A model generated the notes under the pieces. The model had not been told where the DNA came from. It was given only the letters and a program-made list of their open reading frames with translations, and did not search any database. This document shows, one piece after another, positions 22,999 to 29,599 of a DNA stretch of 35,741 nucleotides. This stretch comes from a virus. How positions within the stretch are numbered: the stretch's first letter is position 1; each line of letters starts with the position of its first letter. The translations under genes and the position numbers were made by a program. The DNA is taken from positions 1-35,741 of IMG/VR virus record IMGVR_UViG_3300019487_000065; one strand, 5' to 3'.

Positions 22999-23252
22999 AA
23001 CGGCACGATACACGCGATGTGTGCGTCGCAGCTCTCGATCGCGTCCAGCTCGATCCCGGATGCGATCTCGTGTGCAGCTCGACGACGTGATGTTACGCGG
23101 GCATGCCGGCGATCACCGCGACCGCTGTGGGCGTCGCACATCGCATCGCAGTCGATCGCGTTGTGGGGCTCGCGTCGGACGTAACGCCGCCAGCGTCGCG
23201 TCCCACGTGCATAGGACGGTGCGTAGAACATCGAGCGGCCAGCGAACCTCAC
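22995..23252 (-). CDS. hypothetical basic protein
   Basis: 85-aa ORF. Its GTG start forms a GTGA overlap with the stop of 23249-23713. G/C-rich third positions. Confidence 0.45.
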   Translation of the reverse strand: MRFAGRSMFYAPSYARGTRRWRRYVRREPHNAIDCDAMCDAHSGRGDRRHARVTSRRRAAHEIASGIELDAIESCDAHIACIVPL

Positions 23253-23713
23253 CAGTTCTTCTCGGCGAAGTCGCGGCGCTCGACGGCGTCACGACGCGAG
23301 GCGAAGTGGTTCTTGGGCAGCGGCTTGCCGCGTCCCTTCTTCACGATGCGCAGCTTGCGTGCCTCGACCTCGGCGCGGCGGAACCGCTCGACTTCGGCAA
23401 GAAAGTGCCGACGCTCGGTACGCCAGCCGTTGCGGTTCTTGTTTGCGCGGCGACGGCGCTCCTCGTTCCGCCAGCGAGTGTGCCACGAGCGGTCGTAGAC
23501 GATGTAGTTGAAGCGCCGAGTGACCGTCGCCTGCGGATGCTCCGGCACGCCGCGCGACAGCGCAGCACGCACGTCACTCGACAGCTTGTCGAAGTCGGGG
23601 CCGTACTTCGCTTCGAGCGCAGCGTCGTGAGTTTCACGCTCACGCTCACGGCGCTTGTTAGCAGCGATGCGCACGTGCGGCGCGGTGTAAGGCGGCGGAT
23701 CGTACGTACGCAT
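23249..23713 (-). CDS. hypothetical highly basic protein
   Basis: ATG 23713 (MRTYDPPPY) with GAGG 6 nt upstream. The longer track ORF (to 23782) would run through the terminator hairpin up to the tRNA. Confidence 0.6.
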   Translation of the reverse strand: MRTYDPPPYTAPHVRIAANKRRERERETHDAALEAKYGPDFDKLSSDVRAALSRGVPEHPQATVTRRFNYIVYDRSWHTRWRNEERRRRANKNRNGWRTERRHFLAEVERFRRAEVEARKLRIVKKGRGKPLPKNHFASRRDAVERRDFAEKNW

Positions 23714-23723
23714 GATGGACCTC

Positions 23724-23780
23724 GGGAAAGAAGGAGCCGGCAAGGGCGAGGTACGCGACCTCGGCGCATCCCCTGCCGGC
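23724..23780 (-). terminator. composite GC-rich hairpin followed by a U-rich tract, downstream of the RNA operon
   Basis: On the minus strand the sequence reads GCCGGCAGGGG-AUGCGC-[CGAGGU-CGCGU-ACCUCG]-CCCUUGCCGGC, then UCCUUCUUUCCC. The outer stem has 11 pairs. One is G.U on the minus strand and would be an A.C mismatch on the plus strand. Confidence 0.45.
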
Positions 23781-23785
23781 ATGAG

Positions 23786-23859
<74 letters not shown>

Positions 23860-23942
23860 AAAAAGGAAGCCCCTAGGTGTGGGCTAGACAGCTGTGAGGC
23901 TGTGTCGCTTGGACTTCGGGGCATAATGAAACCGTCGAGTGT

Positions 23943-24035
23943 TACGCGCTTGTTGTGAATGCAGTGGTTTATGAGACCACAACCTTCTCCTTATCAGGGA
24001 GATGCTCTCCAATTGAGCTATGCGTGTTAGCGCGC
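23943..24035 (-). ncRNA. 93-nt aberrant tRNA-like RNA (GAT anticodon-type arm plus a second CAT anticodon-type hairpin in place of a T arm)
   Basis: The outer stem GCGCGCT/AGCGCGT has 7 pairs, one of them G.U. The D arm TAGCTCAATTGGAGAGCA is canonical. The arms are TCTCC-CTGATAA-GGAGA and then GTGGT-CTCATAA-ACCAC. The inner acceptor pairs at only 4 of 7 positions. Confidence 0.4.
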
Positions 24036-24051
24036 AAACGGTGACGGCTTC

Positions 24052-24185
24052 GGTGGGGATTTGAGGAGTCGAACCTCTGGCTTGTAAACAATCGACTGGT
24101 GGCGCGGTCTTGAGGGCGCGCCGAGTGCCGCTGTTGGTTGTGCTTGATCCGTATTCAAGTGCCGGACCGCCCGGCGTCAATCCCC
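24052..24185 (-). tRNA. 134-nt tRNA-Arg(ACG)-like gene with a 64-nt insertion in the variable region
   Basis: The acceptor GGGGATT/AATCCCC pairs 7/7. The D arm is GCCG-GGCGGTC-CGGC and the anticodon arm is CTTGA-ATACGGA-TCAAG. The T arm is AGAGG-TTCGACT-CCTCA. The 3' end reads ACC. 64 nt separate the anticodon stem from the T stem. Confidence 0.5.
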
Positions 24186-24220
24186 AGAATCTTCAGTTGT
24201 CAGAACAGCAATTCGTAGCG

Positions 24221-24348
24221 TGGCGCAGGATGTTGGAATCGAACCAACCAGCGTGTACACAGTAGCGCGGTGCTGCCGGAGCAGCGAGTGGGTACGGTGG
24301 AGATACTTTCCGGGTAAGGGAAGCGGACGCCCAGCGTCCTTATCCTGC
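24221..24348 (-). tRNA. 128-nt tRNA-like gene (TAC in the anticodon position) with a 58-nt insertion in the variable region and encoded CCA
   Basis: The acceptor GCAGGAT/ATCCTGC pairs 7/7, followed by G-CCA. The D arm is GGAC-GCTGGGC-GTCC. The anticodon-type arm is CTTCC-CTTACCC-GGAAA, with 4 pairs plus a C.A mismatch. The T arm GTTGG-TTCGATT-CCAAC is canonical. Confidence 0.5.
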
Positions 24349-24457
24349 GTGATAACTGATCACCGAGTGCGTCGCGCTGGTTCTTTCCAGATGGTAGGAA
24401 GGTGCTCTTTGCAGAGCGGCTTGTAAGCGCGTCGCTGGTGGTGACCAGCTGATGAGC

Positions 24458-24486
24458 ACCCTAGCGAGCGGTGTTCTCGATGTCAA
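24458..24486 (-). promoter_or_regulatory. candidate promoter TTGACA-N17-TAGGGT driving the RNA operon
   Basis: On the minus strand the -35 TTGACA is at 24486-24481 and the -10 TAGGGT at 24463-24458, with a 17-nt spacer ending CGC as in the other two predicted promoters. Confidence 0.45.
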
Positions 24487-24542
24487 GCAGGGAATGCGAG
24501 AGTATGTTCGCAACTAACGGTGTGCGGACCGTTACCCGCAAC

Positions 24543-24932
24543 TCAAGAGGATGCTGGCGACGTAAGCTCAGGGATGTAAATCGTGTGGACACTGGTCGCT
24601 TCGCCCGTCGCTTTCCAGCGCCAGAACCGTTCACCGACGCGTGAAGGCTTCAAGCGTCGCGCCGAGATCACGACGCGTCGCCACTCCGGCGTCACGTAGA
24701 TCGTGTCGCGATCGTGTTCCTTCGTCAGCATTGCGAAGATTGCCGTGAATGCATCGACGCCCTTGTCGTTGTCGAAGTCCTCAGGCGCGAGACCTTGCAA
24801 CGTCGCTTGTGCAGCGCCGAGCATGAGCCCGTACTCGAAGTCGTTGTGGCGACTGATTCCAGCGCACACCGATTCGAGTGCGTTAGCCATGCGGCACGCA
24901 ACACGACCTGTGACCGTACGCGGCTTACCCAT
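24543..24932 (-). CDS. hypothetical protein
   Basis: 129-aa ORF with AGGAG 7 nt upstream of ATG 24932. Confidence 0.6.
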   Translation of the reverse strand: MGKPRTVTGRVACRMANALESVCAGISRHNDFEYGLMLGAAQATLQGLAPEDFDNDKGVDAFTAIFAMLTKEHDRDTIYVTPEWRRVVISARRLKPSRVGERFWRWKATGEATSVHTIYIPELTSPASS

Positions 24933-24935
24933 ACA

Positions 24936-25151
24936 TCAACTCCTGCGTGTGACGTCGGCGCCGACACGACGACGCTCACGGGCTGACTCAACCCTCGCAA
25001 GCTGCTCGACTTTGAGCGCAGCCGAAATCGGCCGACCGCGCTTCTTACGAGGTTTCATCTTCTTGCCGTTCGCACGACGAGACCCAACCTCGATGACGTC
25101 ACCGTTACCGACGATCCACGACGAGCGGATCAGAATGTCGATCCCATCCAC
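24936..25151 (-). CDS. small basic protein with AT-hook-like KPRKKRGRP segment (start uncertain)
   Basis: The frame is open downstream of the ThiF-like gene. GTG 25151 is the first start after that gene's stop, and ATG 25058 is the alternative. No SD is seen. Confidence 0.35.
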   Translation of the reverse strand: MDGIDILIRSSWIVGNGDVIEVGSRRANGKKMKPRKKRGRPISAALKVEQLARVESARERRRVGADVTRRS

Positions 25152-25165
25152 GACTACAGATTCTA

Positions 25166-25741
25166 CTACACCGCAACGATGTTCGTAGGCGCGATCGACC
25201 AGCCGAGCTTCTTGCCGGTCTGCAGAAAAATCTGCGCCGAGCGTGCAATCAGCGCCGAGACCGTGACGATGAATGGCAGGTGCTCGCCGTCCTCGCACGT
25301 GGGCACACCCGCGGTTTCGTCATCGACGACGAAGTTCTCGTCCCAGATCACTCGACCGAACGCGCCATCAGCTGCCAACGCGCCGTGGAGCGTCGCCGGC
25401 TTGTGCTCGTTCTCGCGCGCGAACCGCTGAACCACGTGACGCGCTTCGCCGTTGTCAAGGCAGTCGATGATGAGGTCGCTGTCACGCATGAGCACGAACG
25501 CGTTGTTCAACTCCAGCTTCGCGTTGCGCACGTCGATCTTCGTCCCCCACAGGAACTGCATCGTCGCCTTGAGCGCTTCGACCTTGAGCTTGCCGCCGCC
25601 CGGCTTGCCGTGGAACTGCGACAGCATGTTCTTCGCCTCAACACGATCAAAGTCGATCACGCGCAACTCACCTGCGTTGCGCAGCAACATGGCGACGTGC
25701 GAGCCCAGTGCACCGACTCCGACGATGGTGATCTTCTTCAT
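25166..25741 (-). CDS. ThiF/MoeB/HesA-family E1-like adenylyltransferase (short form)
   Basis: ATG 25741 has GAGGAA just upstream. KKITIVGVGALGSHVAMLLRNAG (GxGxxG), VIDFDRVEAKNMLSQ and LIIDCLDNGEARHVV ... KPATLHGALAADGAFGRV follow the ThiF-family consensus. Confidence 0.75.
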   Translation of the reverse strand: MKKITIVGVGALGSHVAMLLRNAGELRVIDFDRVEAKNMLSQFHGKPGGGKLKVEALKATMQFLWGTKIDVRNAKLELNNAFVLMRDSDLIIDCLDNGEARHVVQRFARENEHKPATLHGALAADGAFGRVIWDENFVVDDETAGVPTCEDGEHLPFIVTVSALIARSAQIFLQTGKKLGWSIAPTNIVAV

Positions 25742-25775
25742 AGCTTCCTCGGGACGTTCTACAGGTTGCATTCAT

Positions 25776-25967
25776 TCACGCATCGCACCAGTCATCGGTC
25801 GTCGTCGTACGGTGCCCGACGTCGAACGCAGCATGTACCGCCTGGTGCACCTGTGCACGTTGCGTCTCGTCGATCGAGAACTGCTTCATCAGCGCGTCCT
25901 CGATCGCCTTCAGGTGCTCGTTGGCGCTGCCGCACTTCAATTTCAGGCACTCGATCGGCGTCTTCAT
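25776..25967 (-). CDS. hypothetical 63-aa protein
   Basis: ATG 25967 forms an ATGA overlap with the dCMP deaminase stop. It is the only non-Arg-rich part of the 300-aa track ORF. Confidence 0.5.
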   Translation of the reverse strand: MKTPIECLKLKCGSANEHLKAIEDALMKQFSIDETQRAQVHQAVHAAFDVGHRTTTTDDWCDA

Positions 25968-26461
25968 GGCTTCACTGAGACTGCTTGCGGCGGCGGCGTC
26001 CACTTCGCCAGCGACTCCGCGATCGGGACGGAGAGCAGATCGATGCCGTTGGCGAACGCGGCACCTGGCAGGTCGAACGCTTTGCCACCGATGTACTCGG
26101 AGCCGTAGACGATGCGTTTGATGCCCGTCTGCAGCGCCGCCATGAAGCAGTCGCGGCAGGGGCTCGCCGTCGTGTAGAGCGTACCACCTGCGAGCCGTAC
26201 GCCGTAGCGCGCCGCCGTGATGATGGCGTTCTTCTCGGCGTGGATCGTCCGCACGCAGCTCTGCCGACCGTTGATCTCGACGAGGTCGTGACCGACTTCG
26301 TCGCACGATGGCAGACCGCTCGGCGCACCGCCGTAGCCCGTCGACATGATGCGCTTGTCGAGCGCGATCACAGCACCAACGCGAGCACGATCGCAGCTCA
26401 TGCGAAGGCTCACAGCGTCGGCGATGATCATGAAGTACGTGTCCCAGTCTGGTCTGCTCAT
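25964..26461 (-). CDS. dCMP deaminase (cytidine/deoxycytidylate deaminase zinc-binding family)
   Basis: 165 aa. It has the HAEKNAI and PCRDC zinc motifs with the typical spacing, and an N-terminus (RPDWDTYFM) like ComEB-type deaminases. Confidence 0.85.
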   Translation of the reverse strand: MSRPDWDTYFMIIADAVSLRMSCDRARVGAVIALDKRIMSTGYGGAPSGLPSCDEVGHDLVEINGRQSCVRTIHAEKNAIITAARYGVRLAGGTLYTTASPCRDCFMAALQTGIKRIVYGSEYIGGKAFDLPGAAFANGIDLLSVPIAESLAKWTPPPQAVSVKP

Positions 26462-26772
26462 GTGGATCGGCCTTTCTTGTGCTTGCGCTCGAAGAGGTGA
26501 CGGATCTCGATGGACACCTGCTCGACGTCGTCACGCGGCGCCGGATGCCCCAGACGTGGATCCGGCTCGGGGATTTCAAGGATGCCGACGCGCGAACGGA
26601 ACGCCTGCGTCGGATCGCCGATGGTCTCGTAACCGAGCTGCAAGCACTCGCGATAGACCGCCGCACAACGCTCTGCAACGTCGCGTGTCGCGATCGTCCC
26701 TTCGAGCCCGAGCGAGAATTCGATGCCGGTTTGACCCTCGGTCCAGAGCACGACGTGAAAGACGGTCTTCAT
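26458..26772 (-). CDS. hypothetical protein
   Basis: 104-aa ORF with ATGA overlaps at both ends. Confidence 0.6.
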   Translation of the reverse strand: MKTVFHVVLWTEGQTGIEFSLGLEGTIATRDVAERCAAVYRECLQLGYETIGDPTQAFRSRVGILEIPEPDPRLGHPAPRDDVEQVSIEIRHLFERKHKKGRST

Positions 26773-27038
26773 GATCGGTACCTCGCAATGGCAGGTGGCA
26801 GCGGACGCGGTAACGGCAAGGGCTCGGCGCTGTCGGGCTCGAAGCCGATCTCACGGACCTCGGCATCGGTCGTGTTCTTGTCGGTGAGCAGCGCTTCAAG
26901 CGCCTCACAGCGCTTCGCCATCTCGGCGATCTGGATTTGCGCTCGACGAAAGTCACGTGTGATCCACGTACCGAACCACAACGCTCCGACGAACGGCAAC
27001 GTCTGCTCGAACACGTGCATCCAGTCCACGAACGTCAC
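26769..27038 (-). CDS. small membrane protein (one N-terminal TM)
   Basis: GTG start in a GTGA overlap. LPFVGALWFGTWI hydrophobic segment, then a coiled region and a Pro-rich tail. Confidence 0.55.
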   Translation of the reverse strand: MTFVDWMHVFEQTLPFVGALWFGTWITRDFRRAQIQIAEMAKRCEALEALLTDKNTTDAEVREIGFEPDSAEPLPLPRPLPPAIARYRS

Positions 27039-27238
27039 CGGTACGGTCCCTCGGGTACGGGCAACTCGACCTCGTACGCGATGACGACACCGCGCGCACC
27101 GACGAGATCGATGCGGGCGTCAGTGTTGTTGCGGATCTCGACCTGGATGCGTTCGGGCGCCGTAACGATCGCGCCACGCTTGCGCAGGTACTCTGCGACG
27201 GCCTCTTGAACTTCGCTGAGACTGAGCTGCACGTGCAT
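27035..27238 (-). CDS. hypothetical 67-aa protein
   Basis: ATG 27238 with AGGAG 8 nt upstream. Confidence 0.55.
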   Translation of the reverse strand: MHVQLSLSEVQEAVAEYLRKRGAIVTAPERIQVEIRNNTDARIDLVGARGVVIAYEVELPVPEGPYR

Positions 27239-27242
27239 CCTT

Positions 27243-27572
27243 TCACTCCTGGTACCACACGGCGACGAGCCGCTGATCTTCGTTCAAGTGCAGCTCGACG
27301 AGCTGACCGACCCACGGCCAGTTGTCTTCCGTGATGCCGTGCACCGACGTCGAGTGGAAGTCCATCGACTTTGTCGTGCGCATGGTCAGTTCACTGGTGA
27401 GCCGGATCTCTCGCGCGATCGACGCATGCTTCGCGATTAACGCTGCCGAGATCGCATCGACGGCGTCGTAGCCACGCTCGTCGAGCGCGTACATGAGCTT
27501 GCCCCACGAGTTCTTCCTGTCGAAGTCCCATACGACGGCGCGGCGAATACCCGACCAGCCGACCGTCGGCAC
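27243..27572 (-). CDS. hypothetical protein
   Basis: GTG 27572 shares one base with the NUDIX stop (TAGTG). ATG 27494 is the alternative. The upstream part of the track ORF overlaps the NUDIX gene. Confidence 0.5.
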   Translation of the reverse strand: MPTVGWSGIRRAVVWDFDRKNSWGKLMYALDERGYDAVDAISAALIAKHASIAREIRLTSELTMRTTKSMDFHSTSVHGITEDNWPWVGQLVELHLNEDQRLVAVWYQE

Positions 27573-28075
27573 TACAGCTCGCCGAGGGCTAGAACGGGTC
27601 GTGCGAGCGGATGGCATTGGGGGCAGGCATCGTACGTGCAACCGCTATCGCCGACGGCGTCACAGCTCGACATTGGTCGTGTCGCCTCGATGTGCTTCAC
27701 GAGCTGTGGGTAATGCCAGTAGAACGCGGGCGAGCACGGCATGCGCTGGATGGCGTACAGCGGATTGACCCAGCGCAGCTCCTGATGATCGAGTGCGCGG
27801 GGCGGCGTCGACATCGCAGCCTGCTCGATAGCGTACAGCTCGATGACGAACGAGATGTCGAGGTGCAGCATCGCCATCGAGATGAACTCGCCGACGCGCA
27901 CAACGCAGTCGCACTCCTCGCGCCACTCGCGTGCGAGCGCTTGCGACGGCGACTCGCCTGGATCGATCTTCCCGCCGGGCAGCTCCCAGAGGTCCGGTCG
28001 ATACGCAGTCTTCTTGCGCAGGCCCATCAGCACGTAGCCGTCGCGAATCAACGCCCCTGAGACAACGCGCAGCAT
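27572..28075 (-). CDS. NUDIX hydrolase (MutT-like)
   Basis: ATG 28075 lies 1 nt after the upstream stop. The Nudix box GGKIDPGESPSQALAREWREEC fits Gx5Ex7REUxEE. Confidence 0.8.
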   Translation of the reverse strand: MLRVVSGALIRDGYVLMGLRKKTAYRPDLWELPGGKIDPGESPSQALAREWREECDCVVRVGEFISMAMLHLDISFVIELYAIEQAAMSTPPRALDHQELRWVNPLYAIQRMPCSPAFYWHYPQLVKHIEATRPMSSCDAVGDSGCTYDACPQCHPLARPVLALGEL

Positions 28076-28076
28076 G

Positions 28077-28322
28077 TCAGTGCGGGCAGAGAAGCGTACC
28101 GGGTGCGCAACCGCAACCACCCTCGGCACGATTCTTCTCGGCCAGCTCCTTGAAGCTCGGTTGTGGACCGACGAAGTCGACGAACAAGCCGCGATCGAGC
28201 AGCTCGGCGCGCGTCTTGTCGACGATCTCCTGAGCGAACTCGCCAGCCCACGACTTCATCGCACTCTCGTAGACGACGTCGAGGACTTGCTGCAGGTCGC
28301 GTTGATCGCCGATCACGCTCAC
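28077..28322 (-). CDS. hypothetical 81-aa protein
   Basis: GTG 28322 forms a GTGA overlap with the stop of 28319-28639. The rest of the 168-aa track ORF is Arg-rich and overlaps that gene. Confidence 0.5.
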   Translation of the reverse strand: MSVIGDQRDLQQVLDVVYESAMKSWAGEFAQEIVDKTRAELLDRGLFVDFVGPQPSFKELAEKNRAEGGCGCAPGTLLCPH

Positions 28323-28639
28323 TCGTGAACCTGACCGCAGTTCGGGCAGCGCATGTTGCTCCAGCCGAACGCCGTCTTCGGGCGCAGCTGGATCAGGTTG
28401 TACGGACGCGCTTCCGTCGGCGGGTAGCGGTCGACGACGAAGTCGCGGAAGTCCGCGTCGCGATCGGCCGGGATGCCGGGCACGCCGCCGTTGCGCACGG
28501 CTTCGGTGACCCAGCCCTTGACGTCGTTCTCGCTCGAATCGCGGAACACCGGATCCGGTAGATCGCCGTTCTGCATCTTCCACGTGACGTTCACGCGGGC
28601 CTCGTCGTCTCGAATCACACGTACCAGTTCGTCAGCCAT
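28319..28639 (-). CDS. hypothetical protein with C-terminal CPNCG
   Basis: 106-aa ORF with AGGAGA 5 nt upstream of the ATG. A predicted promoter lies immediately upstream. Confidence 0.6.
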   Translation of the reverse strand: MADELVRVIRDDEARVNVTWKMQNGDLPDPVFRDSSENDVKGWVTEAVRNGGVPGIPADRDADFRDFVVDRYPPTEARPYNLIQLRPKTAFGWSNMRCPNCGQVHE

Positions 28640-28659
28640 GACACTCTCCTGAGCCCTTG

Positions 28660-28693
28660 ACGGTAGCGACGAGCATACGGCAAGTCAAGAGCA
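28660..28693 (-). promoter_or_regulatory. candidate promoter TGCTCTTGACT-N17-TACCGT
   Basis: On the minus strand the -35 TTGACT is at 28688-28683 and the -10 TACCGT at 28665-28660. It includes the conserved 11-mer (plus strand AGTCAAGAGCA, 28683-28693). Confidence 0.45.
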
Positions 28694-28707
28694 ATGTCGC
28701 AGCGGAA

Positions 28708-29109
28708 TCAACGGTACGGAGATCCCATCTGCGATCGCTTGCGTAGCTCGGGGACCCAGATCGGGTCGGCGACACGTGACCTACCATAGACCTCGCGACC
28801 CGGCATGCTATCCATCAGCGCCTTGCGCACGAGCACGGTCAGGTCCGAGCTTGCGATCCACCAGTTGAGCGGCCGGCCGAGCGCGTTCTCGATCGCGACG
28901 AACGACGAGATGTCCTCGCGCGATGGACCGGGCAGACCGCCGCCAGGATGCGTGTGTGCGAAGCCTGAGAGCCAGCCATCACGATTCGCTTGCCACAGCA
29001 CATCCCACAGCGTGCGGCTGTCGGGCAACGCGCCGCCCGAACGACCACCCGGCTCGTGCCAGAAGATGGGCTCGTGGTGGATGCTGATGACGACACCGGT
29101 CTCGATCAT
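28708..29109 (-). CDS. JAB/MPN (JAMM) metallopeptidase
   Basis: 133 aa. HHE is followed by FAHTHPGGGLPGPSREDI, i.e. HxH ... SxxD with one extra residue in the spacer. ATGA overlap upstream. Confidence 0.75.
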   Translation of the reverse strand: MIETGVVISIHHEPIFWHEPGGRSGGALPDSRTLWDVLWQANRDGWLSGFAHTHPGGGLPGPSREDISSFVAIENALGRPLNWWIASSDLTVLVRKALMDSMPGREVYGRSRVADPIWVPELRKRSQMGSPYR

Positions 29110-29384
29110 GGTGGATTCTCCTTCGCAGCGCGCTCACGTTCTGCTTGCACCTTCATGTCCTCGACGGTGCAGCGCACGTGTTCGCTGGCTTCGACGAGCA
29201 CAGCGAGCAGATCTTCAGGCAGCGACTTGATCAGCTCCTTGAGTCCGCAGTCGCACGGGCCCTTGTGCCAGTTGACTTGGAGCCAGTCGCAGTTCCACTT
29301 GTGCTGTACATAGCCGAGCAGATCGGTGATCGTCTGCGAACGATCACGGAGCGCGTCGGCGAGTTGTTCTTTTGCTGCGCTCAT
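29106..29384 (-). CDS. hypothetical protein
   Basis: 92-aa ORF with ATGA overlaps at both ends. Confidence 0.55.
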   Translation of the reverse strand: MSAAKEQLADALRDRSQTITDLLGYVQHKWNCDWLQVNWHKGPCDCGLKELIKSLPEDLLAVLVEASEHVRCTVEDMKVQAERERAAKENPP

Positions 29385-29599
29385 GATCGCTGCTGCCTTT
29401 CTAGTTCTTCACGCATCGCCGTCGCGAAGTCTTGCGCTTCCATTGCATCGAACTTGGGGCACGTCGGCAACTCGTGAAGCAAACTGTCCGGCTGACCGTC
29501 GATGGGACTGACACCGAACGCGATGCTCAGACCGCAGAACGGGCACGGACCAAGGTCTTCGCCTTGGAGCTGCTCGTTGTCGTTCTCGGCGTCGCTCAT
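29381..29599 (-). CDS. small zinc-ribbon protein (possibly Lar-like)
   Basis: 72 aa. GPCPFCG near the N-terminus, as in Lar-family restriction-alleviation proteins. The second half-site (H...CP) is atypical, so the call is weak. Confidence 0.55.
   Translation of the reverse strand: MSDAENDNEQLQGEDLGPCPFCGLSIAFGVSPIDGQPDSLLHELPTCPKFDAMEAQDFATAMREELERQQRS

Noticed and set aside
23884-24426. Track ORFs across the RNA cluster (23658-23924 -, 23884-24180 -, 24220-24426 +).
   Set aside because: They run through tRNA and tRNA-like structures, have no start context, and have odd composition. The region is better explained as RNA genes.
24401-24460. A 60-nt element with a perfect 7-bp closing stem (GGTGCTC/GAGCACC) upstream of the tRNA-like genes. 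I first took it for a fourth tRNA-like RNA.
   Set aside because: It has no T arm and no proper anticodon arm. Its 5' strand overlaps the predicted -10 (TAGGGT), so it would not be fully transcribed. The 3' strand can instead form a local GCTCT-GCAA-AGAGC hairpin. It is more likely promoter plus leader.
23860-24540. The idea that the structured RNA region encodes a tmRNA or a group I intron-containing tRNA.
   Set aside because: The GGGG...CCACC-type element is only 134 nt. It has a G3:C70 pair rather than the Ala-identity G3.U70, and it has no tag ORF. The anticodon loops are intact, so there is no anticodon-loop intron. The inserts of 58-64 nt are far too short for a group I intron.
24936-25151. 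The small ORF downstream of the ThiF-like gene as the missing ubiquitin-like protein (local NGDVIEVG resembles ThiS/MoaD C-termini).
   Set aside because: Only about 25 residues precede that segment, which is too short for a beta-grasp. There is no Gly-Gly, and the protein continues into a basic AT-hook-like tail. The start codon is itself uncertain.
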